DNA of 64,000 nucleotides from positions 23,312,001 to 23,376,000 of the forward strand of contig CP158635.1 in assembly GCA_050273025.1 (NCBI GenBank), written 5' to 3'. Positions 1 to 13,779 of the stretch are shown here, piece by piece. Origin of the DNA: Cenococcum geophilum (Eukaryota). The notes under the pieces were generated by a model. It worked only from the letters and a program-made list of their open reading frames with translations, searched no databases and was not told the DNA's origin. Made by a program: the position numbers and the translations under genes. The stretch's first letter is position 1. Every line of letters starts with the position of its first letter.

Positions 1-612
1 TTATTAGATATAGGGGTATCTCTGGCTTTAAGCAGCTCTCGCAGTCGTTTAATTTTGGCATTAGCAGCCGTAAGCTCCGCCTAGGGGGTTAAAACGTTAA
101 TTATTTTTTCGTCTAAAGTATTTACAGGTCCTACAGCGGCTTTACCAGCTGCTGTATTTTGTGGCATAGTAGTAGGGGTATTAGGTAATTCCGGGTAATT
201 TCTTTAGGGGTTTTAGTCTGTGCGTGTCTTATAGGTCCTTTCCTTAGGGTTCTGTTCTTTTCTTTTAGGTCCTGTCCTTGTGGTCCTAGTAATGTCCTTA
301 GGGTCCTATTCTGTATTCTTATCCTATTTATAGTCTTATAGATATATTTAAGTTCCTTCTTAGGAAGAAAGAGTAGAGCGGGCTTTAGATAATGTTAGCG
401 ACTTAGTTAATTAAGGTATAAGCACGGTAAGAGGGACGCGTAAGCCTATATAATTGGATTGTCTATAAACGAGAATCTAAAGCTAAAGAAAAGAAAAGGA
501 TAAGTAGTAACGCGAGGAGTTATATATAATCCCTAGTCACGTAAGAGTTACGTAAGCCCTGCGTCTACCATAACGTCTACTATAGCTGCCGCTTTCTACC
601 AGTGCCGTAACA
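1..612 (-). mobile_element. 5' end of a RIPed LTR retrotransposon, probably Ty3/gypsy (gypsy D): LTR 393-612, leader and start of gag running off the left edge; inserted in the 3' part of Helitron copy 1
   Basis: TG...CA-bounded segment 393-612 ending GTGCCGTAACA, like the LTRs at 2349-2509 and 54696-54882. A 9-bp self-priming-type match links 382-390 with 475-483. Minus-strand ATGCCACAAAAT near 167. Confidence 0.65.
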
Positions 613-2348
613 GGTAGTAGATTAATTGCTTAGCAAGTAGTTGGTTATATTTAACGATCTAGACTTTATATTACTAAAATCCAAAATTTTATTACGGGGA
701 GCGCGATTAATAACCCCTACTAATAGCTCTAACTATATCTAATTTTTAATTTATAAATCGGCAGATTTATAGGTAATAGTTATTATAAGTAGCTCTAGGT
801 GCGGTATATATAAAATCTTAACTATAGTATAGAGAAGTTATAGCTGCTAATATGCGGTCCTAAGTAGTATATATTCTTAAAGGTCACGTAACTCCTTATA
901 TAAGTAATATTTCCGCCCTTTAAAAAAAATTCTAAAAATTAATTAACGCTATAGATAGTAGCAATATTAATCCGGTAATACTGCTAATTCTCCCTATATA
1001 CTATTATATATATATATTTAATAGCTTTAGAAGTAGTAAGAAGGTAGGACGAATAGGGGGGTTAAATTTAGAAAATTAGATTTTGTGGTTAAGCTATTTA
1101 AAAGGTAGAAAACTAAGACGAATGCCGTATTCTCTGCTTACCTTTAAGCTAGTATATAATTTCCTAATTAGGAAAAGTCGTTTATAAGTAGTTGCTACTG
1201 CATCTGTATAAAATCTTCTTATTATACCTTTTTAGTCTTACTTATAGATAACTAAAATTGTTTTATATTAAACCTACATTTAAATATAAGCCCTAAAAGC
1301 TTCTTAACTTATAAGATTGCTATATAGGTTAGCCCAGCTATCTTATTTTTCTTTAACATCTAGAACTATATGGTTAAGTATTAGGCCCTAGCTTTTATAT
1401 ATAGTAAGAGTAAAAGCTAGAGTAATTAGAAATTAACGCCGTAAGCAAGAGCCTCTTATACCCTCCTATTTATAAAGTATAGAAAATATAGGGATAACTT
1501 TCTTACTATTCTGCCGAGTGAATAGAGCAGGTCCGTTATACCTATCTACTATAATTAGTAGTGACTAAGGCTAATTCTTTTTAATATCCGTGTGTCCCTT
1601 CTATATAATATCTTTAACTATACTAATAGTATCGTTTACTAAGCCTAGTTTAACCCAGATATTCTATATTAGTATTACTTTTACGCTAATATATAGGACT
1701 AGACTCTCTATAGTATCGCACTAATTAGAAGTAACTTTCCGTACACCTACACTAGTGTTAACTAACTTAATAGCTACTACTAGCTGTAAAAGGTCGCGAA
1801 GCTAAGTAGTATTATACTTACCTATAGCAGCGTGTATGCTATATAGCCGAATTATATTATTAAAGCCCGTAACCTTATTAATGGATAGGCCCTGCTTATA
1901 CCTAGTTAAAAGAAGCTTTTAGGTCGAATTACTTATAGAATTACTATATAGCTTTATAAGGGTGGTCCTAAATACAGAGCTCTTAGTGTTATTACTGCCC
2001 TGCCGCATAACTTAATCTAAGATAGTAGTTTGGTTAATTACTTTATAGGCTTCTTTTCTATAGCTAGCGAGCTCTAATAGCCTAGCGGGTAGACTGCTAT
2101 ATAAGGCCGCCTAATTTATAGGGGGAAGCTAATAGAAATCGCCTACTAGTAAGATGTTTAAGCCTCTAAAGTAGTTGTTATTACGTATAGGGTAGATCTA
2201 ATAGAGGCGGCGATCGATCTAAGCTAGATATACTTGCCTAATTATAGATTTCTCGTTAAGGACGAGATAGTAAATATCCTTAAAAGCTTGCTATAGAGGC
2301 GTAAGACTGGTAGTAGGCAATTCCTTAAACGGATGATTTACTAGTAAC

Positions 2349-2509
2349 TATAAAGGCTTAGTTAAAAGAATAGAATTTATTAGTAGCTAGTAAACGAGGA
2401 TTCTAAGACGAGGTCTAGAAGAAGGTTAAGGAAAGGATACGTCTATATATATAAGCTAAGGCTCGGCTCGGCCGAGCCCCTAACTAGGGTCTATAATAGT
2501 GCCGTAACA
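2349..2509. mobile_element. Solo LTR (161 bp)
   Basis: TA(<TG)...CA ends and a 5-bp TSD GTAAC (2344-2348 / 2510-2514). Absent at the homologous site in Helitron copy 2 (~28795). Confidence 0.85.
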
Positions 2510-4305
2510 GTAACCTTAGTAAATTGTATGTAGCTCTGCCGTTAATATTAAAGGCAGCTACCCTAGTAGGGGCCGCTTAAGCTAATGGCATTGGCTTGCT
2601 ATTAGCCCTTACTATATTATAGAGTGTAGTAGAGAGGATAGTAATAAGATATAATTTGCCGGTTCCTACCTCTCCATTAACGTTAATCTATAGTAGGGAG
2701 GGGCTAAGGCCTACTTAAATCTGCCTGTAGTGATTAACTATAACGTTATAGATATAACGCTAACCTGGTTATAAGGAGGACGAGTTACTGTTTAGAATAG
2801 GCGGCTTTATAGTAGAGGCTATAGCTATACTTCCTGCCAATAAGTCCTTTTATTAAGCTGCGGGTACGTACCCTAATACGTACTCTAGTTATAGTTATAA
2901 TTAAGCTCCCTATTACTAAGTCTGTTAAAATCCTTAATTTTAACTTTATTAGTATTTTAAACGTAGGCATACAGGGCCTTAAAGAACTAGTATAGCTCTA
3001 AGTCATCTACAAAATCGCCCTTAAACTTATTAATATTATTAGTAGTTTTATAACCTTTCTCTAGTTTCCGATTATAGAAGTAGTTAGGTGGGTACTAATA
3101 AGAGTTAACGTAAGCCTAATAGGAAGCCATATAATTAGGGGCCCTAAATATATTAGTATAAGTAGCCACTTCCTTATACTCCCTCTACGGATAATAAAGA
3201 ATAAGCTTTATACGGCAGAACTTAGAATACTATAGATAGAAAGGATTGCCTTTATATTGCGGAAAGTATAATATAACTTAAGACCTTACTCTTAGTTAAC
3301 GCTTATAAGTAGAGTGATTAAAATAGAGTAGAAAATTAAGGAAAGTAACGTCCTCTACCCTATTTAGATAACGCTTATATTTATTATAGTTAGACAGTTT
3401 ATAACTTCTTAGTTGTCCATCCATAAGCTTATATATAGCGCTTTAATTATCCTTCTAGTGGCAGTTTAAAGTTACTATATTCCTTAAGTCTTCAGAAAGG
3501 GGAATATTAAGAAGTAGATAGTATACCTCCTGCGCTAATTAATTGTGTTTAGTAATAAGCTTATTTATAAACTTAGCTACTACTAAACTAAAGGTATAAA
3601 GATTATTGGCGTGCGGCCATACTAATTAGAGTAACTCCTAGTAGGAAGTTAACTTCTTCTCTTCCTTACTATAATATTTGCCTATATAGTTAATTATTAC
3701 TAATATACTTATAACAGGCAACGTATTAATATTTACTATCCACGCTAGTATTATAGCTGTATTATAGCTATTAAAAAGCTTATTATTACGCTATAGATAG
3801 AACGTCTAGTAATATAGATTTTAATCCTTTAATACAGCGGCCTTATTGCAAAGAGAGCGTAGAAAGTAGAATCGGCACTCCTTTACTCTAGCGGAGCCTT
3901 TCTTTAATCTTAAGCAGTAAGATTTAGTGCAATTACGGTGCCGTTAAAATTAATTAAGGTAGGTAGTGTTAGGCTATAGAGACGCACTGGCCATAACCGG
4001 CTTAGCGCAGGCGAGGCGCAGGCGAGGCGCCTACAAAACGTAGTTGCCCCGTATTAGAGAACAGCAGAATTTAGTTCTACAGTTCTACTTTATCAAGAAC
4101 CAGAAACTCTTTATATCCCGCTACTATTGTTACATTACTATATACCCTAAGGACCTTGGCGTCCTAATAGTACTAAATTTTCATCCCTTTTTAGGGGTAG
4201 TGGCCTAACAACACAGCGGTCTATAAAGGCCACGACTACGTAGCAGCAACCCTCTGTTAAGAAGACGACCTATATTTATTAGCTATATTATAGCCTATCG
4301 ACCTA

Positions 4306-7300
4306 ATGGCGAGACGTGGGCGTATTAGCGTAGTGCGTAATACCAAGTCTAGGGATCGGCCCTAGGACGACACAGGCGAACCTATATTATCCTAGACAGA
4401 ACCGGAAGCTACGGACAAAGGGGATATATAGGAAGAAATATAACGGCTAAAAAACGAGAAGCTATAACTTCTAGAGCAAAGAAAACTATACTTGCTTAGG
4501 GAAGAGGTAGAAGTACTAAGACGGCGTTAACGCGGTAAGGCAATGTTAACTCCCGTTCCTAACCCAGATCTACAACCTTAAACTATCCTATTAGAGTACT
4601 TAGATGGTAGCTAGATGCGTTTAAACCTTAAGTAGAAGGCTACTAATATAATAGGCGCTCCGTTAAAACAGGCCGTTAAAATAGAGAAGATTGCTCCGTA
4701 TTATAGTAAGACTATATAAAAGCACTAAGACTTCTGCGACAGCTTAAAGCTAGCGTTCCACCTAGAGTATAACGGCTTCGCGGATAAGGATACTAAAGTT
4801 ATATTTACCATATAATATATAAAGGGGACTAACCGAACCCTTTAGCTATAGTATAAAGATAACTACTTAGATATGCAGTTTACCTAGGAGGAGCTAATAG
4901 AATTCCTACTTAACTAAATTAAAAGTCCTATTAATTAAGAACTCTATATAGCCCTAATATATGCAAAGGCAATACAGCGAACTAATTAACTAGTAAATAA
5001 GTTTGCTGCTTACCTAACCTCCTTAGAAGCGTAAATTAACCCTCCTTATAATGCAAAGCATCTAATAATATATCTATTCGCGAAGCTGCGGCTAAAGCTA
5101 CGGGTTGCTATTACTAACTATTAAGAATTCCCTTAAACTTAAGACTAGCTAGTTTCTCTAGCTGCCTTATTAAAGGAAAACTAGAAGAGCGCAAGCGCCC
5201 TATAGGGTAGAAGTAATAGGCGCGCCGCGAACTTAAATATAAAGACTACCCAGTTAGGTAACTTAGGGAGAACGGACTCTAAAACCACCGCTAGCAACTT
5301 AATGGTGGGGCAAAGCAATACCACCGGGGGTTTAACTCAGCCTAAAGGAAACTACAAAAATTATAGCAAGCTAGGATATTAGTAGCGACAATACCCAGAG
5401 CAGTAATAGCAATAGCAGCCGCCACCAAGCAGCGTAAACGCTATCTCTACGCTAGGAAAAGGCAGGCGCCCTTAGAGCCCCTCACACCCATAGGGCGTAA
5501 GCTACCACTAGATCGTAAGGAAGCTATTACTGTCTTAGGTAAAGTCCTTTCTAAGCAGATCTAGAAAGAGACCTTAGTAATGCTTAATATTAGTGCCAAA
5601 GTAAATATAATTAACCAGCGATTCGTAATAGAGTATAACTTTAAAACACTAGACGCAGAATTGCCTACCTACTCCTAGTTAAATAAAACTTAGGCATATT
5701 ACTATAAAGCCTATAAGGTACTATTACGAATAAAGGACAGCTAGGGTAGGATTAGGGAAGTAACCCTTATCTGCTATAGAATGGCTAACGCATCCTCTAT
5801 TGTTACCCTAGAAATACTAGGGTTAAAAAAGGCCCGACTTCTTATTAACTGCGAGGCGAAGGCGTAGCGATAAAAGCTGGACGGCTTGTCCCTATTACTA
5901 TAAACCCCTAAAAGTTTTATGGAGTCTCTCTAGAAGGAACCTAGGGTCTTCGCCCTAGTAGTTACTAGATTAATACCTAGCAAATAAAATGACGGCAGCT
6001 TGCTAATCCTTCCCCTACAGTTAAAAGAAGCTAGCGATGTCTTCTTATATAAGGAAGCAGGAAAGCTACCCTAACATTATTAGGGCGACCATACTATTAA
6101 CCTAGAAAAGGGATAGAAGGTCCCGTATAAACCGCTTTATAACCTCTTAGTTAAGGAGCTAAAGGTACTAAGGGAGTACTTAGACAACGCCTTAGCTAAA
6201 GGCTAGATCTAACTAAGTACTAGTCCCACAGGGGCACCTATCCTATTCGTACCTAAAAAAGATAGGAAGCTACGGCTCTATATAGACTATAAAGGCCTTA
6301 ATAAGGTAACAATTAAGAATCGTCTCGCACTACCATTAATTAGTAAGACCTTAGACCGCTTAATAGGTTTTAAGATCTTTACTAAGTTAGACCTAATAAA
6401 TGCGTACTACCGCCTTCATATCTATTGGGGTAATAAATAGAAGACGGCGTTCCGCACGCGTTACGGCCACTTTAAGTATTTAGTTTTACCTTTTGGGTTA
6501 ACTAACGGACTAGTAACCTTTTAAGGCTACATTAATTAAGCCTTATTAGGACTAGTAGACGTCTTCTATATAATCTACCTTAATAATATTCTAATTTTCT
6601 CTAAAAATCTAGAGGAACACTGGCGCCACGTACTAGAAGTGCTACGTAGGTTATGGCAATATTAACTATATACAAACCTTAAGAAGTGCAGGTTTAGCGT
6701 ATAAGAGGTTAAGTTCCTAAAATATATTATTAGTCCTAAAGGCGTAGTAATAGATCCTAGCCGGGTAGAAGCCATTACTAAGTAAAAGAGCCCTTAATCC
6801 TATAGGGATGTCTAAGTTTTCTTAGGTTTTACCAACTTTTATCGCCAGTTTATCTATAAGTACTCTACTATTATAAAGCCTATTACTAATCTCCTTAAGG
6901 AAGTAAAGAACGGCTGTAAAGCTGGGCCTTTTAGTTGGCCAGAAGAGGCAAAGTAGGCGATGCGCTAGCTTTACAACGCCTTTACGACAGCGCCGCTTCT
7001 ACAACACTATACGCTAGGCTTACTAATACGGTTAGAAACTGATGCCTTAATACAAGGCTTAGTAGCTATTATATTACAGCTGTTTAAAAACGGCCTTTGG
7101 TATCTAATAGCCTTCTAGTTTAAGAAGCTTTCGCTAGCAGAGTATAATTATAAGACCTATAATTAGGAGCTACTAGCTATCATAGAGGCTTTTAAGCATT
7201 AAAGACACTATATTAAGGGGCTATTAAGCTGCCTAGAAGTGCTTATAGACCATAATAATCTAAAGGGTTTTATAAAAGTAAAAGCCCTTAATGGACGGTA

Positions 7301-9190
7301 AGCTAGATAGGCTATAACATTAGCTGCCTATAACTTTATCATTAAGTATAGGGCGGGAAAAATGAACCCCGCAGACGCGCTGTTAAGGCAACCCCTAGGC
7401 ATAGGGGGTCCGCCAGAAGAAGACACTATGCTACTATTGCTCTAAAGGACTTTAGGAATGTAGGGCCACTAACCTAAGGTAAAAGTCCTATTAGGTATAT
7501 AGGAAAGCGAGCCTTTTATAAAGGTATTGTTTTTACGGCTATAAGCTAGCAACCCAACGGCGGTACGCCTAGGCTATATAGCATTACGGTTTAACTGGGC
7601 AACCTATATATATGCCGTTAAGCAGCATATAATAAGAACCTAAGTTAAAGAAGCTAGTACTTAAAAGAGTGCTTACGAGTCTAGTACGGAAATAGTTGTT
7701 AAGCTTATTAAAGGACTTTAGACTAAAGATAACTTTATACTGCAAAAGCGCAGCAACAGCGTAGATACGGCGAGATACTGTTAACGCGCCCGCTTAAAGC
7801 TAGTGTGGTAGTTTAATTCCGCTAGACTACTTTATTACCACAGGAGGTTATATATACCCCTAGACCTAGCAGTTTATATAAAACTCCTATAGATCTACTA
7901 CAATAATGCCCTAGCTAGGCACTTTAGTAAAAAAAAGACTCTAGATCTACTCTCGCGTAAGTACTACTGGCCTAGTATAACTGCGGACGTTATAAACTAT
8001 ATCTCTACCTATAATATATGCCAACGTATATATGCGCCTTAATATTGCCCTTACGGTAAGCTCTAAGCGCTACCTTGCCCGGAACAGCCGTAGCAGGAGA
8101 TTATAATGGACTTTATTATAGGCCTACCGCCTAGTAAATAAGGCAATAAGGTATATAACGCAATATATATAATAGTCGACCGCTATACTAAGATAGCCTT
8201 ATATCTGCCAATAGTAAAAACTATTACTACAACCAAACTCGCGGATCTCTTCCTTAACGAAGTAATACGCCGTTTTAGAGCCCCTAGGGGGATTATATCT
8301 AATCGCGGCAGTATCTTTACTAGTAAGTTCTAGTCGGAGCTATACTTTACTACAAAGATAAAACGTAGGCTAAGTACGGCCTTTTACCTACAAATAGATA
8401 GGCAAACAAAACGCCAGAACTAAACCCTAGAGTATTACCTTTGTATGTTCTATAATAAAAAGCAGAGTAACTAGGCAGGCCTTTTATTACTAGCTAAATT
8501 TGCCTATAATAATGCTAAATATAGTACAATAGGTATAAGCCCGTTTTATACCTATTATAGGTTTTACCTATATCTAAAATATAAGGTCTAGGCGGACAAT
8601 AGTAGTTCTATTTTAGCCGCCTCTAAGAGGATTAAAAGAATATCCCTTAAACGCGAAGCGTTGGCGAAACGCTAGGAATACGCCGCTAAGGCATAGGCAA
8701 AATACTATAATCGTCGTTACTAACTATAGGTATATAAAGTAGGGGATTTAGTCTTACTATTAACTAAGAACCTTAAACTAAAAAGGCCAAGTAAGAAACT
8801 TATAGCACGCTTTATTGGACCTTTTAGTATAGCTAAACTAGTTAGAAAGTAAGTATACCGGCTATATCTACCTACGTCTTACTATATCCACCTAGTGTTC
8901 TATATTAGCTTACTAGAGCTATATAAATAACGTAAGGGCACTACTAGAGACCCTCTCTTAGGGCCTATTAAGCTAGATAATTAAGAGGACTAAGAGGACT
9001 AATATAAGATAGAAGAAGTATATAAAAGGAAGGGACGTAACCAGACCCTATAGTACCTAGTTAAGTAGAAAGGCTAGTTAGAAGAGTATAATAAATAGGT
9101 CCTAGTAGAGGACATTAATAAGGACGCAAAGGAAATATATAATAGTTACTTTACCCTAAGGGGCAAACGGAAAAGAAAGTAGGTAGAAGA
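4306..9190 (+). pseudogene. gag-pol of gypsy A (zinc knuckle, protease, RT, RNase H, integrase, chromodomain)
   Basis: [10 protein letters not shown] near 6230-6265, KTAFRTRYGHF near 6440, IYL(D)(D)ILIFS near 6575, ETDA near 7035, STAF(H)(P)Q.DRQT(E)RQN near 8375, YLVK(W)KG near 9055. Confidence 0.9.
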
Positions 9191-9292
9191 ATAAAAAAAC
9201 TTTTAATTATAACTAATATTACGCCCTACTAGCGGGGCGACAACGGAATAACGGCGGAGTAATAGTAGTACGCCGATAGAAATATAGATACT

Positions 9293-10068
9293 CTACAGCT
9301 CTAATAAATCCTCCCTCTCCTCCCCTCCTTCCTCTTCCTCCTCCTCCTCCTCTCCCTCCTTATCCTCCTTATCCTCCTCACCCTTATCCTCCTCCTTATC
9401 CCTTATAATAGGAGGCATATTAGCCTATAGGTACTATTAGTATACACTATAACAGCAAAACACCTGCGCTACGACATGTACTAAAGCGCGCATTATATTA
9501 AGAATTCCTTTAAAAGTATAACGGATGGCCTATAATTCCTGCACTTAGAGCAGGAAAAAGTTTTCGCCCTTTAGGCGCTAGCGGGGACCATGCTTGGCGC
9601 CAGTGCGCACTAAGGCCTTAACATCCTTCGTGAAGGACTTCTGGGTGGCAGCAACGCGAGCGTTAAGGTCAGCCGTATCTCCGCTAGCAACCCGCCGGCG
9701 CTTAGCCCTATTAATAAGGGCGAGTAGCTTATTTAGGCGGCTATAGAAGGCCTTAGGGACCTAGTCTGTTAGCTATTAGAACCTAAACCAACGCACTTAG
9801 ACGTATTAGTTGGTATAACTTATTTAGTTATTAGCAGTACCTATAATTACGGTTAGCCTACTTACCGTAGGTAGCCCGCCTAGTAGTAGCTACACGCTTG
9901 GCGTAACGGAGGCAGATTAGTTTTAGCAAAGCTAGGGGAGCAGCTTACGAGCGGCGTAGGAGCTTTAACGGCGCCTAGTAGGGTTAGCGACAGCTATAAG
10001 CTAGTATAAAGAATACTTACAGAAAGCTCGCGAGCAGGCGAACCGACGGCTTGGCGCTTGCGATTTAT
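9293..10068 (-). pseudogene. Antisense accessory gene of gypsy A: 4 exons, ~208 aa, Zn2Cys6-like Cys cluster plus helical region and acidic tail (RIPed)
   Basis: Three phase-0 introns: 10020-9975 (GTAAGT..GCTAAC..TAG), 9806-9761 (ATACGT<GTACGT..GCTAAC..TAG) and 9481-9425 (GTACAT..ACTAAT..TAG). They join one frame of 16+56+93+44 codons with a de-RIPed CX2CX11CX7CX2CX6C and a poly-E/D C-terminus. Confidence 0.7.
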
Positions 10069-12297
10069 AATTAATTAGAAATTGTGGAGAAGGCAAGTCA
10101 TAGGCTAAAAGAATCGGAATGGACTTAGAAGGGAAATCTAATATCCTACCTAGGTGGGAACTCCTACCTTTATAGATCTCTATAAGGTCCTATTATTACA
10201 TTATCCTATTATTATATTGTCCTATTATTACATTATCTAATTCACTTAAATTTATTAAAAACTTTTTATTTAGAGAAGGACAATAATAGCACTCCTATTA
10301 TATAATAGCGTCGGCTAAGAACAGCCGCTTAAGAAGGGGGGGGCAATTATTAGGCCATAGAGACGTACTAGCTATAACCGGCTTAGCGCAGGCGAGGCGC
10401 AGGCGAGGCGCCTACAAAACGTAGTCGCCCTGCATTAGAAAACAGCAGAATTTAGTTCTACAGTTCTACTTCATTAAGAACCAGAAACTCTTTACATCCC
10501 GCTACTATTGTTACGTTACTACATGCCCTAAGGACCTTGGCGTCCTAACAGGTAGTAAGAAGCTTACTAGTATTAAGCTATTCTTTATAGCTAAGAGTAG
10601 AAGGATATTAAAGATTGGGAGGCTTAGATTAATTAGGATTTATTACAAATATAAAAGCAGCCTGGTACTTGGTAAAAGCCGCCCTTAATTTACTAGTTAA
10701 CGAATCTAGCTTTAGGGCTATTAAACTCTATAAGAAGCTATATATATAGCCGCTACCTCGCACCTACTACTTATATTAGGACTAAAAGTTAGTGCTATTA
10801 AATAGACCTATAAGCACGTGCTTCCTAAATAAATTAAAGCGGTGATATAGCTAGTAAGCAGCAATATATGGATTATTATTAAGATTCTAAGAAGTAATCT
10901 AGTAGCGTTAAGCCTTATTAGTAGCCTTATATTTATTAAATAGAGGTATATAAGAGTGTAGATTATGCTAATATAGATTAGTAGCGCTAAGTGTAAAGAA
11001 TAGAGACCCGCTTTTAATATTTTTAGTATAAGCTGTAAGCTTATTCCTCTTCTGCTTTTAATAGGGCCTAGTGCCTTTAAGCTTCTATATATACCGTATA
11101 ATCTTATTTAAAACCTAGTTGCCCCTACTACTATTTATAAGATTATTAAGCTTATTTAAAGATAGACTATTTTTATTTAATTAGCTATAAAGGAAGCGAG
11201 TAGCATTAAGGGCTTACTCTTTTATAATCCGATTAAACACGTAGTAGTAAAATAAGGAGTGGCGGCCAAACCGACCGTCCTAATACTTAAGTATATGCTT
11301 GGCGTGCGCAGCTAGGGTAATTATATGGCTTTATAGCATATTAAAGTTGGCTTTACCATAAGGAAATAGAGTAGAAAAGGCGCTGCGTATAATAAAACTA
11401 GCTAATTGCTTAGAGAGAGGTATTTACTATATAGTATAAACCTCTAAGCCTATTTATAGGTTTTGTTAGTGTTAAACCTTATAACCTAAAAGCTCTAATT
11501 TATTAAGGTTAGGCACTAGATTAGGAACTAAAGTATCTAGTATATTGTTATTAAATTCGCTATCTAGTATATTACTACTAAGCTTAATAGGCAGAGGATT
11601 AATAACAGGAGTAGTAGGGTAAGCCGTTAGGCCACTAGAATTAGACTCTAACTTATTAATATAGGGTAGCTAATCCAATATAGAGCTATTTTTAGGTAAG
11701 CTAGTAAGCTAGGTGCTATATATTTTAACATTATAATAATTAGGATAATTAACCTTTAGAAAGTAAAGCCACTATACTATAATAAAGCGCTTATAGTATA
11801 CCGCTTAGTAAACTACTAACTTAGGTATTCGCCACCCTCTACTACTATAAGCCTTACGACTAGTATATCAAGTTTAATAGGTAGCCGTAGTAGCTGCCTT
11901 TAAGTCTTTAGTATATTCTAGCTAAAGCAGTAAACGTAGCCAGTATAGCGATATTGCTAGCTATATATACGCACGACATGCAGATAAACGTATACGCGTG
12001 CAATTAGAAGCTCCTCTACCGCGGTAAGTATAGGTAGGAAGCTAGGAATAGGCCCTAGATTAAGCCCATTACTTTTACCAAATAGGGGAGAAAGGGTTAG
12101 ATCTTTAAGGCTATTAGCGTCCTTAATATAGGCTTTGCATATACCTATATTATTACCCTCTATAGCTAGGCCTATTTAGAACTACCGCTCCTTATAACGA
12201 CTATACGTCTCTATATATTTAGCTTATAGTATACTCCTAAACTTCTTAATTTACTTCTAATTAATAGCTAAAATAGGTAGTAGTATAGCTATAGTCG

Positions 12298-12620
12298 GAG
12301 CTTGCCGTAAGGGAGCTTACTATAAGGGAGCTTACTGTAAGGGAGCTTGCTGTAAGGGAGCTTACTATAAGGGAGCTTACTGTAAGGGAGCTTACTATAA
12401 GGGTGCTTACTATAAGGGAGCTTGCCGTAAAGGAGCTTGCTATAAGGGAGCTTACCGCAAGGAAGGTAGTATTAGTGGTAGAGTAGGTATTAGAGGTATA
12501 GTAGGTATTAGAGGTAGAGTAGGTATTAAAGGTAGAGTAGGTATTAGAGGTAGAGTAGGTATTAGAGGTAGAGTAGGTATTAGAGGTAGAGTAGGTATTA
12601 GTAGTAGAGTAGGTATAGAA
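12298..12620 (-). repeat. Two adjacent in-frame minisatellites (15-bp and 18-bp units) in the N-terminal coding region of RepHel copy 1
   Basis: GGGAGCTT(A/G)C(T/C)(A/G)TAA about 10 times and AGAGGTAGAGTAGGTATT about 8 times. The ORF track shows (IPTLPL)n. Absent from copy 2. Confidence 0.9.
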
Positions 12621-13779
12621 GCTAGTTCCAGCAAGGACGCATTTAGGCTATATAGAGTGCCTCTTCTACTATACGGAGCTTTATCTGTGGTATATAGTGG
12701 AGGAGTAAGCGAGTAAGCTTTACCCTACCGATTAAGAATACGGTGCTCCCGTTATATTACCCTAATTGTCTTCTATTATTAAGCCATTTTAGGGGTATTT
12801 TAACTGTTCTGGCCGCGAGGCAGGAAGGCATTCTTAGTATTATTTTTAGGTGGAGCAGTTCGCTAGCGCCTTATAGGATAATTCTTAGTAGTAGAACCTA
12901 ACTTTATAAGAGCCCTCCGCTTATTTAAACCATATTTAGAGGCCTATAAAAGTAAGTAGAAGTAGAAGTAATATATAGGGAAGACGTGCCTTTAACCGAT
13001 ATAACTAGTACAGCTTTAAAATCTTCTTTAAAGGGCCGTCTTTAATAAAGTTAAGGCGGGGCTTATAGATATAGCACTTGCTGCATTTAATTATAGTAGG
13101 ATCTGCTATATTTATAATATATATAGTGGTATTAATAAAGGTATTAACAAAAAGGAAGGCGTAATACTACCTATGTAGGACATTTTAATGTTTATAATAT
13201 TTTAATGTTTGTTACATAGATTCTGCTATAACTTACCGCGCGTAACTTTTTTTCTAACTAACTAGAAGCTAGCTTGGCGGGGTTTTCTAACTAATTAAAA
13301 GCCGGCTTGGCGGGAGTTTGAAAATTTAAACACCTATACCTAAAAGTATAGACTACTCGTACCTCGGGTTAATAATATTACTATTATAATAATAGCTTAG
13401 GTAAGTAGTTAAGAAGTTATATTAAAGGTACTTACTAATAAAAACAGTAGATTTAATAATAAAATAGTAATTTAATAAGGAGTAAGATTAATTAAATTAA
13501 TTAGTTAAATAGGGGCAATATAGCAAGACACCCAGGCTTATAACTATTAATTGGAAGTTAATTAAAAGATTAAAAATAGGAACTCTGTCTATTAAATATG
13601 GCTCTAAGGCCTCTATATATACATAAGGAAGGTATAGGGATAGGAGGGGTAGGGAGTATAGGCAATAGAGATAGGTAGTAAGGCATACGAGGGTAAGCAG
13701 CTAAGTGGTAAGATATACAAGGGTAAGTAGTTAAGATAGTATTGAGACAGTAGTAAGAAAGTCTAATTTAGGTCAACAG

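Larger units (their letters stand above)
3967..10550 (+). mobile_element. Full-length Ty3/gypsy chromovirus (gypsy A), RIPed; 203-bp LTRs at 3967-4169 and 10348-10550
   Basis: Direct-repeat LTRs, TSD GGTAG on both sides, and PPT AAGAAGGGGGGGG at 10331-10343. Domain order gag-PR-RT-RH-IN-chromodomain. Confidence 0.95.
1150..12787 (-). pseudogene. Helitron RepHel pseudogene (Helitron N-terminal region, HUH Rep, PIF1 helicase), split by insertions at 2349-2509 and 3967-10550
   Basis: ATG at 12787. Walker A GEVGTGKL near 2655-2680, APTRVAAFNINGR near 2540-2575, GDFY*LPP near 2120-2145. Many RIP stops. The 3' end is approximate. Confidence 0.85.
613..13376 (-). mobile_element. Helitron (Rep-PIF1 helicase) copy 1, RIP-degenerated, interrupted by a solo LTR and a full gypsy element; 3' end lies beyond the left edge
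   Basis: Its reverse complement is collinear with 24817-30284 and, more loosely, 31492-31670. Shared 5' terminus ATAT(C/T)ATT(G/A)ACCCGAGGTAC. PIF1 and HUH motifs lie on the minus strand. Confidence 0.9.

Noticed and set aside
12298..12620. Possible CRISPR-like or telomeric array
   Set aside because: The units are head-to-tail without unique spacers, are not TTAGGG, and lie inside a eukaryotic transposon ORF.
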